A stretch of 64,000 nt of DNA, taken from Flavobacteriales bacterium. Lineage in GTDB: Bacteria > Bacteroidota > Bacteroidia > Flavobacteriales > UBA7312. Positions 21,516-30,609 of the stretch are shown piece after piece. Below the pieces are notes generated by a model. That model was not told where the DNA came from, made no database searches, and saw only the letters and a list, made by a program, of their open reading frames with translations. Numbering within the stretch: the first letter of the stretch is position 1; each line of letters starts with the position of its first letter. The position numbers and the translations under genes are program-made. The stretch covers positions 4,604-68,603 of the forward strand of contig JASJHQ010000043.1 of the NCBI GenBank assembly GCA_037625715.1. The letters run 5' to 3'.

Positions 21516-21733
21516 ATATCAAATACGCTAGGGCGTTTTCTATATTTAAAATGATTCCTAATACGGAAAACAAATACCATTATTAAATACAACAAAGGTA
21601 TTCCGAAGTTCATGAAAGAAAGATAAATGAAAAACAAGCGAACCAACGAAGGCCTAACTCCTAGCTTCTTAGCCCACCAGGCACAGACACCGAAAAATTG
21701 CTTTTCAAAAAAATGTTTTAAGTCGTTTAACAT
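21512..21733 (-). CDS. PspC-domain protein
   Basis: FFEKQFFGVCAWWAKKLGV...VRLFFIYLSF...SVFDI, the Bacteroidota PspC family. Confidence 0.88.
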   Translation of the reverse strand: MLNDLKHFFEKQFFGVCAWWAKKLGVRPSLVRLFFIYLSFMNFGIPLLYLIMVFVFRIRNHFKYRKRPSVFDI

Positions 21734-22998
21734 TCATTCATTAAATGGTTACCAATATTGCAAGATAAACATTTTTTTTTGTCACAATAGTGTTTTTTTA
21801 AATGAAGAAAAGATTGGGAATGAGCAGCGTTTTTAGACTTAAAGCCTAGATTATTAAAGCGGCTGACACAACTATTTTTTTCTGGAGCTAAAGCATGCAT
21901 AAGACTAATAGCTCTTTCTTGATAGCTATAATCTTGTTTCTCTTTGGAATACAAAACCAGCAAAGGAACTAAAGAATTTATTATAACGTTATGCACCAAT
22001 TGCTTACCAATCTTTTTACAAGAAAAAAGAGAACTTTTATTAAAGCTATAATGATTAGACCAATAATCAGAAGCTATAGAAGAAAAAACATTCTCTATCT
22101 CTTTTATATTCTTAAAGTTTAATAATTTGGAAAACAGACGGTCATTATCATAAATTAAAGCAGCCAATTGAGCAATTCTAACAGTTGGAAATGAATTAGG
22201 TCGCATTCTTAAAAACTTCCAGCTAGCCAGGTCCATTTCTACTAATTGATACTTTTTTTTGAGAAAATCGAACTCCTTTGCAAGCATAGCGCTGTACTTA
22301 TCTTAAGGCTCTATTAAAAACCCAGACACACCAAACATTAGCGCTTCTAACTGTGTTATATTATCTTTATGCTTTAATAAAATCTTAAAAGGCAGCAACT
22401 TTGACAGCTGCATCATTGGTGTAGAATTAACCTTTAGCCCGAATGACTCACAAAGAAGTTGATAAAAAACATCATCCCAACTATTTCTATTATCATTCAA
22501 CAATTGAGCAACTTTTTCCGACTTTAGTTCCAGCCTTTCTATAAATATACGCTCTAAAAATTGAACTAAAATAAACGGGTCTACACTAGGAAATAATTTT
22601 TGACACGGAATCCATTTTTGACTACTCATTAAAGCTTCGATCTTATCAATAATGCCAGGCTCAACATAGTCAGCCAATACAAGCGTAGGGATTTCTTCTC
22701 CGAGCTGATTGAAAATTGCAATATCATTTTCCCAAACAACATGCAAAACAACACCATTATAGCTTTTATCTAAGTGATGCTTGTGCTTATTCCAATCCGA
22801 CGATTTAAGATGAATCTCCGTGGATCCTACCCAGATTAGTCCATTTAAATTTATTTTAGAATTAAGAAAGTCTGGTCCAGAATTAGAATTTATTTGGCCA
22901 ACTTTTAAAATTTGTATTTCAGAATTATTAACGAGAGTTAATGGCGTATAGCTAAAACGTCTATACTGCCATATAAAATGGAGTAATTCTTCTTTCAT
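21727..22998 (-). pseudogene. DUF2851 family gene interrupted by one in-frame TAA at 22303-22305
   Basis: MKEELLHFIWQY, GPDF, EIH...W..H.H..D..Y..VVLHVVW in the N-half; RMRPNSFPTVRIAQLA and C-terminal C..KKCLSC.IG in the C-half; both halves share a frame (...GAG CCT TAA GAT AAG TAC AGC GCT ATG...). Confidence 0.85.
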
Positions 22999-23039
22999 GG
23001 TTCTTCAAAAGTAATAAATGCTTTTATTACTTTTGAAAT

Positions 23040-23852
23040 TTAAGCGAAATTCTTTTGTAAAATTAATTCCATTTTAGACTGAAGCTCTAAAGCTTTTAAT
23101 CTGGATTGTTGAGCAAAATCTTCTTTATCTCCAGCATAAATAATACCTCTAGAAGAATTAATTAATAATCCACACTCTTGATTAAGACCAAACTTACAGA
23201 CATCTTCTAGGCTTCCTCCTTGAGCACCTACTCCAGGAATTAATAAAAAGTGATTAGGTACAATTTTACGTATGTCAGTTAAAGCATCTGCTCGAGTTGC
23301 CCCTACTACATACATTAGGTTTTCTCCCCAAGATTGAGACTCTTTTAATACTTTTTGATAAAGCATTTCGCCGTCTTTATTTTCAAATAATTGAAAATCC
23401 AAACCTCCTTGATTAGACGTAAGTGCTAGAAGTATTACCCATTTTTGATCAAAAGATAAAAAAGGCTTTACTGAATCGGAACCCATATACGGAGCAACGG
23501 TAACAGAATCAAAATTCATTGTCTGAAAAAAGGTTTTAGCATACATATTGGATGTATTTCCTATATCACCTCTTTTAGCATCCGCTATGGTAAATATTTC
23601 TTTTGGAATAATTTCTAATGTCTTACGAAGACTTTCCCAGCCTTTTGTACCCATCGATTCATAGAATGCAATATTAGGCTTGTAGGCAACGCATAAATCT
23701 TTAGTGGACTCTATTATTTGCTTGTTAAACTCAAAAATAGGATCCTCTAGCTCTAACAAATGTTTTGGAATTTTTTCAATATCGGGATCCAAACCAATGC
23801 ACAAGAAAGATTTTTTTTGTTGAATTTGTTGAAATAATTCTTTAGATGTCAT
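23040..23852 (-). CDS. pyrF: Orotidine-5'-phosphate decarboxylase
   Basis: [35 protein letters not shown]. Confidence 0.97.
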   Translation of the reverse strand: MTSKELFQQIQQKKSFLCIGLDPDIEKIPKHLLELEDPIFEFNKQIIESTKDLCVAYKPNIAFYESMGTKGWESLRKTLEIIPKEIFTIADAKRGDIGNTSNMYAKTFFQTMNFDSVTVAPYMGSDSVKPFLSFDQKWVILLALTSNQGGLDFQLFENKDGEMLYQKVLKESQSWGENLMYVVGATRADALTDIRKIVPNHFLLIPGVGAQGGSLEDVCKFGLNQECGLLINSSRGIIYAGDKEDFAQQSRLKALELQSKMELILQKNFA

Positions 23853-24923
23853 TTAACTATCGTTTGTTGTTCCTTCCAATAACCTTTCAGCATTTTCAGC
23901 AATTTGAAGTTCTTCTATAAATTTAGCTATTTCACCATCCATAACGTTTTGAAGGTTGTACTGAGTAAGTCCAATTCTATGATCGGTAACTCTACCCTGA
24001 GGATAGTTATAGGTTCTAATTTTTGCAGATCTGTCTCCAGTAACAACCATTGACTTACGTTTTCCTGACAGCTCTTCTAACCTTTTCTGAAGTTCGATTT
24101 CATAAATCCTAGATCTTAAAACTTTCAAGGCTTTATCGTAATTCTTATGTTGAGATTTCTGATCTTGACATTGAGCAACAACACCTGTAGGGATATGTGT
24201 CAATCTTACAGCAGAATAAGTAGTATTTACAGACTGACCGCCAGGACCTGAAGAACAGTAGGTATCTTTTCTAATGTCGCTATCTTTTATTTCTACGTCA
24301 AACTCCTCTGCTTCTGGCATTATTACTACAGAAGCAGCTGATGTATGTACTCTTCCTTGAGTTTCGGTTTGCGGCACTCTCTGAACGCGGTGTACACCAG
24401 ATTCAAACTTCAGAGTACCATAAACATCCTCCCCTTTTACATTAAAAATAATTTCTTTATATCCTCCTGAAGTTCCTTCAGCAACATCCACTAATTCTGT
24501 CTTCCATCCTTTTGTAGAGGCGTAATTAGTATACAACCTATATAAATCTCCAGCAAAAATACTTGCTTCATCACCACCAGCACCAGCTCTAATTTCTACC
24601 ACAGCATTCTTAGAATCGGCAGGATCTTTAGGAATTAACAAAACTTTAATTTCTTCTTCCATCTCTGATGCTTGGGGCTGAAGCTCATCGAGCTCTAACT
24701 TTGCCATCTCCCTCATCTCCTCATCCTTCAGCATTTCTTTAGAAGAGTCGATATTAGAAAGTATGTTCTTGTATTGCTTGTATGCTGAAATAATTGGCTC
24801 TAAATCTTTATATTCTTTATTGAGCTGAATATAACGCTTCATGTCAGACATTACATCTGGCTGTACAAGGAGTTCAGACACTTCGTCAAAACGAACTTTA
24901 ATGGATTCTAGTTTATCTAGCAT
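23853..24923 (-). CDS. prfA: Peptide chain release factor 1
   Basis: PQT (PxT) motif in [23 protein letters not shown]. Confidence 0.98.
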   Translation of the reverse strand: MLDKLESIKVRFDEVSELLVQPDVMSDMKRYIQLNKEYKDLEPIISAYKQYKNILSNIDSSKEMLKDEEMREMAKLELDELQPQASEMEEEIKVLLIPKDPADSKNAVVEIRAGAGGDEASIFAGDLYRLYTNYASTKGWKTELVDVAEGTSGGYKEIIFNVKGEDVYGTLKFESGVHRVQRVPQTETQGRVHTSAASVVIMPEAEEFDVEIKDSDIRKDTYCSSGPGGQSVNTTYSAVRLTHIPTGVVAQCQDQKSQHKNYDKALKVLRSRIYEIELQKRLEELSGKRKSMVVTGDRSAKIRTYNYPQGRVTDHRIGLTQYNLQNVMDGEIAKFIEELQIAENAERLLEGTTNDS

Positions 24924-24924
24924 A

Positions 24925-26091
24925 TCAATAAATAAATTCTCCGTACTGACTCTTAATAGTCAGTTTCTTAGTATTATTAGCTTCTACTCTCCCGATTATT
25001 TTTGCATCAACATTAAAAGATTCTGAAATAGAAATTATATCATTTGCAATTTCTTGAGGCACATACAATTCCATTCTGTGTCCCATATTAAAAACTTTAT
25101 ACATCTCTTTCCAATCTGTAGAAGACTCAGATTGAATTAATTCGAATAAAGGTGGAACATCAAACATATTATCTTTAATGACATGAACATTGTCGACAAA
25201 GTGTAATACTTTAGTTTGTGCACCTCCAGAACAATGAACCATTCCGTGTATTTTATCTCTATGAGACTCTAATACTTTTTTAATAATTGGTGCGTAAGTA
25301 CGAGTTGGAGACAATACGAGCTTACCCATATCAATATCCAATCCGCTTAATTTTTCAGTCAATTTCTTTGAACCAGAATAAACCAATTCAGCAGGAACAG
25401 AAGGGTCAAAACTATCTGGAAACTTACTTCCTAACTCCTTAGTAAAAACATCGTGCCTGGCCGAGGTAAGTCCATTACTTCCCATTCCACCGTTATACTC
25501 AGATTCATAAGTAGATTGTCCGTAAGATGACAAACCAACAATCACGTCTCCACCTTGAATATTGTGATTAGAAATAACATCGGATCTTTTCATCCTGCTA
25601 ACCACCGTAGAGTCCACAATAATTGTACGCACTAAATCACCTACATCTGCTGTTTCTCCTCCAGTAGAATGTATTTCAACGCCGTGTTCTTTTAATTCAG
25701 AAATCAACTCTTCTGTACCATTAATGATTTGAGAAATAACATCTCCGTTAATCAGATTTTTATTTCTTCCAATAGTGGACGACAAAAGGATTTTATCAAC
25801 TGCTCCAACGCATAGTAAATCATCTAAATTCATCACCAAAGCATCTTGAGCAATACCTTTCCATACAGAAAGGTCTCCAGTCTCTTTCCAGTACATGTAA
25901 GCTAATGATGACTTTGTTCCTGCTCCATCAGCGTGCATTACAATACAATAATCCTCATCGTTAGTTAAATAATCTGGCGTAATTTTACAAAAGGCTTTAG
26001 GAAATAAACCTTTGTCTACATTTTTAATGGCAGCATGGACATCTTCTTTGTCTGCTGAAACTCCTCTTTGATTGTATCTATCTGTTCCCAT
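24925..26091 (-). CDS. purM: AIR synthase, Bacteroidota type
   Basis: [34 protein letters not shown]. Confidence 0.93.
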   Translation of the reverse strand: MGTDRYNQRGVSADKEDVHAAIKNVDKGLFPKAFCKITPDYLTNDEDYCIVMHADGAGTKSSLAYMYWKETGDLSVWKGIAQDALVMNLDDLLCVGAVDKILLSSTIGRNKNLINGDVISQIINGTEELISELKEHGVEIHSTGGETADVGDLVRTIIVDSTVVSRMKRSDVISNHNIQGGDVIVGLSSYGQSTYESEYNGGMGSNGLTSARHDVFTKELGSKFPDSFDPSVPAELVYSGSKKLTEKLSGLDIDMGKLVLSPTRTYAPIIKKVLESHRDKIHGMVHCSGGAQTKVLHFVDNVHVIKDNMFDVPPLFELIQSESSTDWKEMYKVFNMGHRMELYVPQEIANDIISISESFNVDAKIIGRVEANNTKKLTIKSQYGEFIY

Positions 26092-26097
26092 ATTTAT

Positions 26098-26130
26098 AAA
26101 AAAAGACTACCTAATCTCTTAGGTAGTCTT
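26098..26130 (-). terminator. Intrinsic terminator after the OmpA/PorE-like gene
   Basis: AAGACTACCTA...TAGGTAGTCTT stem plus a T-run on the minus strand. Confidence 0.8.
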
Positions 26131-26148
26131 ATGTGTTATAGAAAATAT

Positions 26149-28179
26149 TTATTTTCTACTTTTTGACTTCACTTTATTTGTTTCAATATCATAAAAAAGA
26201 TCAGTCATTACTTTAAAGTCTGTTCTTCTATTATATTGATGTGCTTTCTCAATATCTTTCTTTCTTTTAAGCTTGTTAATGTAAGTTTCGTCTAAAACAT
26301 CGTTAGGCTTTAACCTACCGTTTTTAACATCCATTAAGAAAGGTTCTGATTCACCCATCCCTAGAGCTTTCAATTGTTTTTTATTGATTCCTTTAGAAAC
26401 CATATAATCTACACAAATTTGAGCTCTTTCCTGAGAAAGTTTTAAATTGAAATCTTCGCCTGCTCTATTGTCAGTGTGTGATCGCAATTGAATTACTACG
26501 TTAGGGTTTTCTTTAAGAACCACTATCAATTTATTCAAAGATAGCTTAGAGTCTGATCTTAATGCTGAACTATTGTAGTCGTATTCAATTTTAGGAAGAA
26601 TAATTTCTTTTTGAGTTGGCTCAAGAGAAATATTAACAGGAAACTCCTTGTCTTTAGTTACACCTAAAGTTGTTTGAGTAGCGTTCTTAGTAAGGTATCC
26701 TTCTTTAGAAACTGTAATTTCGTAAGCTATTCCTGCTTTAATAACATCTTTACCAAATGTGTAAAAACCTGCATTATCAGTTATTGTCTCAGAAGTAGTT
26801 CCGTCGGTACCAATCAAAGTAACAACAGCTCCAACAATTGCTTTTTTAGAATCTTCATCGTTCGCAACACCAGAAATAACTAAATTTATTGAAGGAAGAA
26901 CGAATTGATAAATATCATCGCCCTTACTTCCAACCCTGTTAGATGACAAATATCCTCTTTCATTTTTACCTTCAAAAATAATTCCGAAATCATCGTTTGG
27001 AGAATTAATAGGACTTTTCATATTTACTACAGACCTAAGATTATTCTCATCATCAAACTCAGCTTTGAAGATATCCATACCTCCCATTCCTACAATACCG
27101 TTTGAAGAAAAATACAATGAACCGTCTTCGTGAATAAAAGGAAATAATTCATCCCCTTCACTATTTATTTCTGACCCAAGGTTAATTGGCTCACTCCATT
27201 CATCTCTTTTTTCTTTCTTTATCAACCATATATCTTTTCCTCCACTACCACCTTTCATATCAGATGAAAAGTATAATGCTTTTCCATTTGAAGAGATAGA
27301 TGGATGTCCGAAGCTACTAAGACTATCATAAGGAAGTGGAACCAAGACAGGAGATATCCAACCTTTACCTTTCTTCTTAGAATAATATATTTCACAAGTA
27401 GGAACTGGCTTATTTTTATCACTTTCGTTACATCTAGTAAAATACATTTCGTTACCCCTTCTTGTTAGAGTAGTTGCAGCTTCATGATTTTCAGTATTCA
27501 TTGGCTCAGGAAATGGAGCTGGTCTTGTCCATTTACCTTTACGGTCTCTTTTAACACTATATAGGTCGGTATAAGAATCTCCAGTAAATCCGTCTGTTCC
27601 TTTACCAACTGAACCATCTCTAGATGAAGTGAAAAACAAAACATCGTAATTACTAGACCCAAAACTTGGAGCGTAATCAGATTGTGGAGAATTATACTGA
27701 AAAGGCGTAATCTCGTAACGGGTAGGATTTTCAATAGCATCTAATGCAAAGACACATGAGTTAATCCCTAATGTAGCTCGTTCGTCGTTTGGTTTAAAAG
27801 ATTTATATTTTTCGAATTGCACCATAGCATCCGAAAAAGATTGTTGTTTTTGTAAAACCTGAGCATACCTCAAATACACGTCAGGGTGTGGATATTTGGC
27901 TCTAATAGCTCTTTTATACAGGCTGGCAGCTTTTTTTAAATAAATAGGAGTTCCTATTAATCTACCGCACTCAGCTTGTAAAAAAATTAATTCAGCTTTT
28001 TTAGCTCTATTTTTTTCTTTGGAATAACTAGCCTTGTAAAGCAGTCCTGCCTCGAAGTAGTTCTGAAGAAGAAAAGCTTTATCAGCTTTTGATGTCTTTG
28101 TTTTTTTCTGAGCAATGGCTGAAGAACTCATTAAAAAAACAACTAATAATAGTGAAAGTAAATGTTTCATTTTATTCAA
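26149..28179 (-). CDS. PorE-like TPR/PD40/OmpA_C peptidoglycan-binding protein
   Basis: Signal peptide, TPR, PD40 repeats (LYFSSD..GG.G..DIW), carboxypeptidase-regulatory-like domain, OmpA C-terminus SHTD.R...N..LSQ.RA...NRRT.F. Confidence 0.88.
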   Translation of the reverse strand: MNKMKHLLSLLLVVFLMSSSAIAQKKTKTSKADKAFLLQNYFEAGLLYKASYSKEKNRAKKAELIFLQAECGRLIGTPIYLKKAASLYKRAIRAKYPHPDVYLRYAQVLQKQQSFSDAMVQFEKYKSFKPNDERATLGINSCVFALDAIENPTRYEITPFQYNSPQSDYAPSFGSSNYDVLFFTSSRDGSVGKGTDGFTGDSYTDLYSVKRDRKGKWTRPAPFPEPMNTENHEAATTLTRRGNEMYFTRCNESDKNKPVPTCEIYYSKKKGKGWISPVLVPLPYDSLSSFGHPSISSNGKALYFSSDMKGGSGGKDIWLIKKEKRDEWSEPINLGSEINSEGDELFPFIHEDGSLYFSSNGIVGMGGMDIFKAEFDDENNLRSVVNMKSPINSPNDDFGIIFEGKNERGYLSSNRVGSKGDDIYQFVLPSINLVISGVANDEDSKKAIVGAVVTLIGTDGTTSETITDNAGFYTFGKDVIKAGIAYEITVSKEGYLTKNATQTTLGVTKDKEFPVNISLEPTQKEIILPKIEYDYNSSALRSDSKLSLNKLIVVLKENPNVVIQLRSHTDNRAGEDFNLKLSQERAQICVDYMVSKGINKKQLKALGMGESEPFLMDVKNGRLKPNDVLDETYINKLKRKKDIEKAHQYNRRTDFKVMTDLFYDIETNKVKSKSRK

Positions 28180-28338
28180 TTAGAATTTTTGCTAAAATAA
28201 CGATTTATTTTATTTAAAAATAACAAGACTTAAACTCTTAAAAAGTTGTTCATAATTTTTAAATATTGATAGTGTAAATTTAACACAAAAAAATAATTTT
28301 GTGACAATCAATATAACTAACCATTATCACTAAAGAAA

Positions 28339-29346
28339 ATGAGTAAAAGTAAATTAGAATACATTTGGCTAGACGGATACAGTCCGACTCAAAACATGAG
28401 AAGCAAAACTAAAGTAGTAAACAACTTTAGCGGAAAACTAGAAGATTGTCCAGTATGGTCTTTTGATGGAAGTTCAACTAAACAGGCATCAGGAAGCGCA
28501 TCAGACTGCCTTCTGAAGCCAGTAGCTATCTATCCAGACCCAAGTAGGATAAATGGTTTTTTGGTTATGACAGAAGTTTTAAATTCGGATGGAACAGCAC
28601 ACGAATCTAATGCTAGAGCAACTATTGATGACAATGATAATGACTTCTGGTTTGGTTTTGAGCAAGAATATTTCATAATGGACACCAATACTCAGCTTCC
28701 ATTAGGCTTTCCTTTAGGAGGCTACCCTGGGCCTCAGGGACTGTACTACTGCTCAGTTGGAGGAAGAAACACTCACGGAAGAGACTTTGTCGAAGAGCAT
28801 GCGGATCTTTGCATTGAAGCTGGATTAAACTTTGAAGGCATCAATCAAGAAGTAGCTAGTGGACAATGGGAATTTCAATTATTTGCTGAAGGAGCAAAAA
28901 GAGCTGGTGATGAAATATGGATTGCAAGGTATTTACTAGATAGATTAACCGAAAGCTATGGTTACTATATTGAATATCATCCTAAGCCAATTAAAGGAGA
29001 CTGGAACGGTTCTGGAATGCATGCAAACTTCTCAAATAGTCTATTAAGAGAATGTGGGTCAAAAGAAACATATGAAAGAATATGTGAAGCATTCCGTCCA
29101 TTGACTAAAGAACATATTTCTGTATATGGTGAGTTTAACAACCAACGTCTTACAGGCTTACACGAAACAGCTTCAATAAACGACTTTAGTTTCGGAGTGT
29201 CAGACAGAGGCGCATCTATTAGAATTCCCATTATGACCGTTGAAAACGGTTGGAAAGGATGGCTGGAAGACAGAAGACCTGCTTCAAACGGAGATCCTTA
29301 CAAAATTGCAGCAAGAATTATTAAAACTGTAAAAAGTGTAGATTAG
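28339..29346 (+). CDS. glnII: Glutamine synthetase type II
   Basis: 335 aa; LEYIWLDG, WSFDGSST, GQWEFQ, GDWNGSGMHANFS, RLTGLHET, EDRRPASN. Confidence 0.93.
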   Translation: MSKSKLEYIWLDGYSPTQNMRSKTKVVNNFSGKLEDCPVWSFDGSSTKQASGSASDCLLKPVAIYPDPSRINGFLVMTEVLNSDGTAHESNARATIDDNDNDFWFGFEQEYFIMDTNTQLPLGFPLGGYPGPQGLYYCSVGGRNTHGRDFVEEHADLCIEAGLNFEGINQEVASGQWEFQLFAEGAKRAGDEIWIARYLLDRLTESYGYYIEYHPKPIKGDWNGSGMHANFSNSLLRECGSKETYERICEAFRPLTKEHISVYGEFNNQRLTGLHETASINDFSFGVSDRGASIRIPIMTVENGWKGWLEDRRPASNGDPYKIAARIIKTVKSVD

Positions 29347-29354
29347 TAAATAGT

Positions 29355-30281
29355 TTACAAAAAGTATAAGTATGCTAGGTACATTGCAAGGATTACAATC
29401 CCTTCTCTAAGTCCTAGCATATTTTTTTTGCCAATTTTTTGAAGAGGATAAATAATTAGAGCAAAGGCCATCATCCAAATAAGGTCGGTATAAAAAATCG
29501 TTTTATCTTCTAAATTCAATTCCACGAAGAAAGAAGTTATACCTAAAACAGCAAGAATATTAAAAATATTAGAACCAATTAAATTACCTAAAGCAATTCC
29601 GTTTTGCTTTTTGAACGCAGCAATTAAGGAAGCTGCTAATTCTGGAATACTTGTTCCTATTGCAACTAAACTCAATGAAATGATACGATCATCTATATTG
29701 AAAGACTTAGCAATACTTACAGCACCTTTAATAAAAAAGTCAGCTCCAAAATACAAACCGACTCCTCCTAATACTAATAGAAAAACAGATTTAGTTAAAG
29801 TTAATGAATCATCAACTTCAAGCTCTTCTTGATCACTTGCTGATGACCTAGAAACAGAAACAATTAGAAATAAAACCAGAGCCAAAAATAGAACAGAACC
29901 AACGATCCAATTAATTCCATTAAAAAAGAACAACGCAAGAAAAAGTGCTAAAGAAGAAATTAGCATCATAGGGTAATTCAAGCTTAAACTTTCTTTATCC
30001 ACTTTCATTGGACCTACAATACAAGTCAAGCCCAATACCAAACCAATATTGGCAATATTAGAGCCAATTACGTTACCAAAAGATATTTGTGAATGTCCAG
30101 ACATTGCAGACTCCAGACTTACAAGCAGCTCGGGAGCCGAAGTTGCAAAAGAAACTACTGTTACTCCAATTACTAATTTTGAAATATTGAATTTTAAAGC
30201 CAACCAAACAGAAGCTTTAACAAGAAATTCGCCTCCTAAAAAAAGGAATAAAAAGCCAAGAGCCAAAAAAAGATAATCCAT
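29355..30281 (-). CDS. Calcium/sodium antiporter (YrbG/CaCA)
   Basis: Alpha repeats ATSAPEL/GNVIGSN and GTSIPEL/GNLIGSN. Confidence 0.93.
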   Translation of the reverse strand: MDYLFLALGFLFLFLGGEFLVKASVWLALKFNISKLVIGVTVVSFATSAPELLVSLESAMSGHSQISFGNVIGSNIANIGLVLGLTCIVGPMKVDKESLSLNYPMMLISSLALFLALFFFNGINWIVGSVLFLALVLFLIVSVSRSSASDQEELEVDDSLTLTKSVFLLVLGGVGLYFGADFFIKGAVSIAKSFNIDDRIISLSLVAIGTSIPELAASLIAAFKKQNGIALGNLIGSNIFNILAVLGITSFFVELNLEDKTIFYTDLIWMMAFALIIYPLQKIGKKNMLGLREGIVILAMYLAYLYFL

Positions 30282-30505
30282 TATTTAGTAATGTCTTTTT
30301 TAATTTGATCAACCTCTTTTTCAATTACATCTGAGCTAGATTTAATTTCTCTTTTAATTTCGTTAGAGGCATCTTTTAGCTCACGCATTCCCTTTCCTAG
30401 ACCTCTAGCGATTTCAGGAATTTTTTTAGAACCAAAAAGCATTACCACTATAAGAATTACAAAGAAAATCTCAGGGCCTCCGATAAAAAGAAATATAGTT
30501 GACAT
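30281..30505 (-). CDS. tatA: Twin-arginine translocase TatA/E
   Basis: GGPEI...LFGSKKIPEIARGLGKGMRE. Confidence 0.93.
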   Translation of the reverse strand: MSTIFLFIGGPEIFFVILIVVMLFGSKKIPEIARGLGKGMRELKDASNEIKREIKSSSDVIEKEVDQIKKDITK

Positions 30506-30509
30506 AATG

Positions 30510-30517
30510 CAAATATA
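30510..30517 (-). promoter_or_regulatory. -7 promoter element, probably a leaderless tatA transcript
   Basis: TATATTTG only 4 nt upstream of the ATG. Confidence 0.65.
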
Positions 30518-30558
30518 AAGATTAAAAATTATCCAATTCTACTAAAAAAATCTCATTT

Positions 30559-30582
30559 AAAAAGGCCTCTTACGAGACCTTT
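30559..30582 (-). terminator. Terminator after secDF
   Basis: AAAGGCCTC-TTAC-GAGACCTTT stem with a T-run on the minus strand. Confidence 0.65.
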
Positions 30583-30609
30583 CTAAATAAATAATATTTT
30601 GACGAGAGA

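Noticed and set aside
22303-22305. Stop-codon reassignment (TAA read as sense)
   Set aside because: TAA terminates many conserved genes here at the expected positions and RF1 is canonical; this is a single case
28273-28286. Near-palindrome TGTAAATTTAACAC upstream of glnII as a GlnR/TnrA box
   Set aside because: Spacing does not fit TGTNA-N7-TNACA, and such symmetry is common in AT-rich DNA
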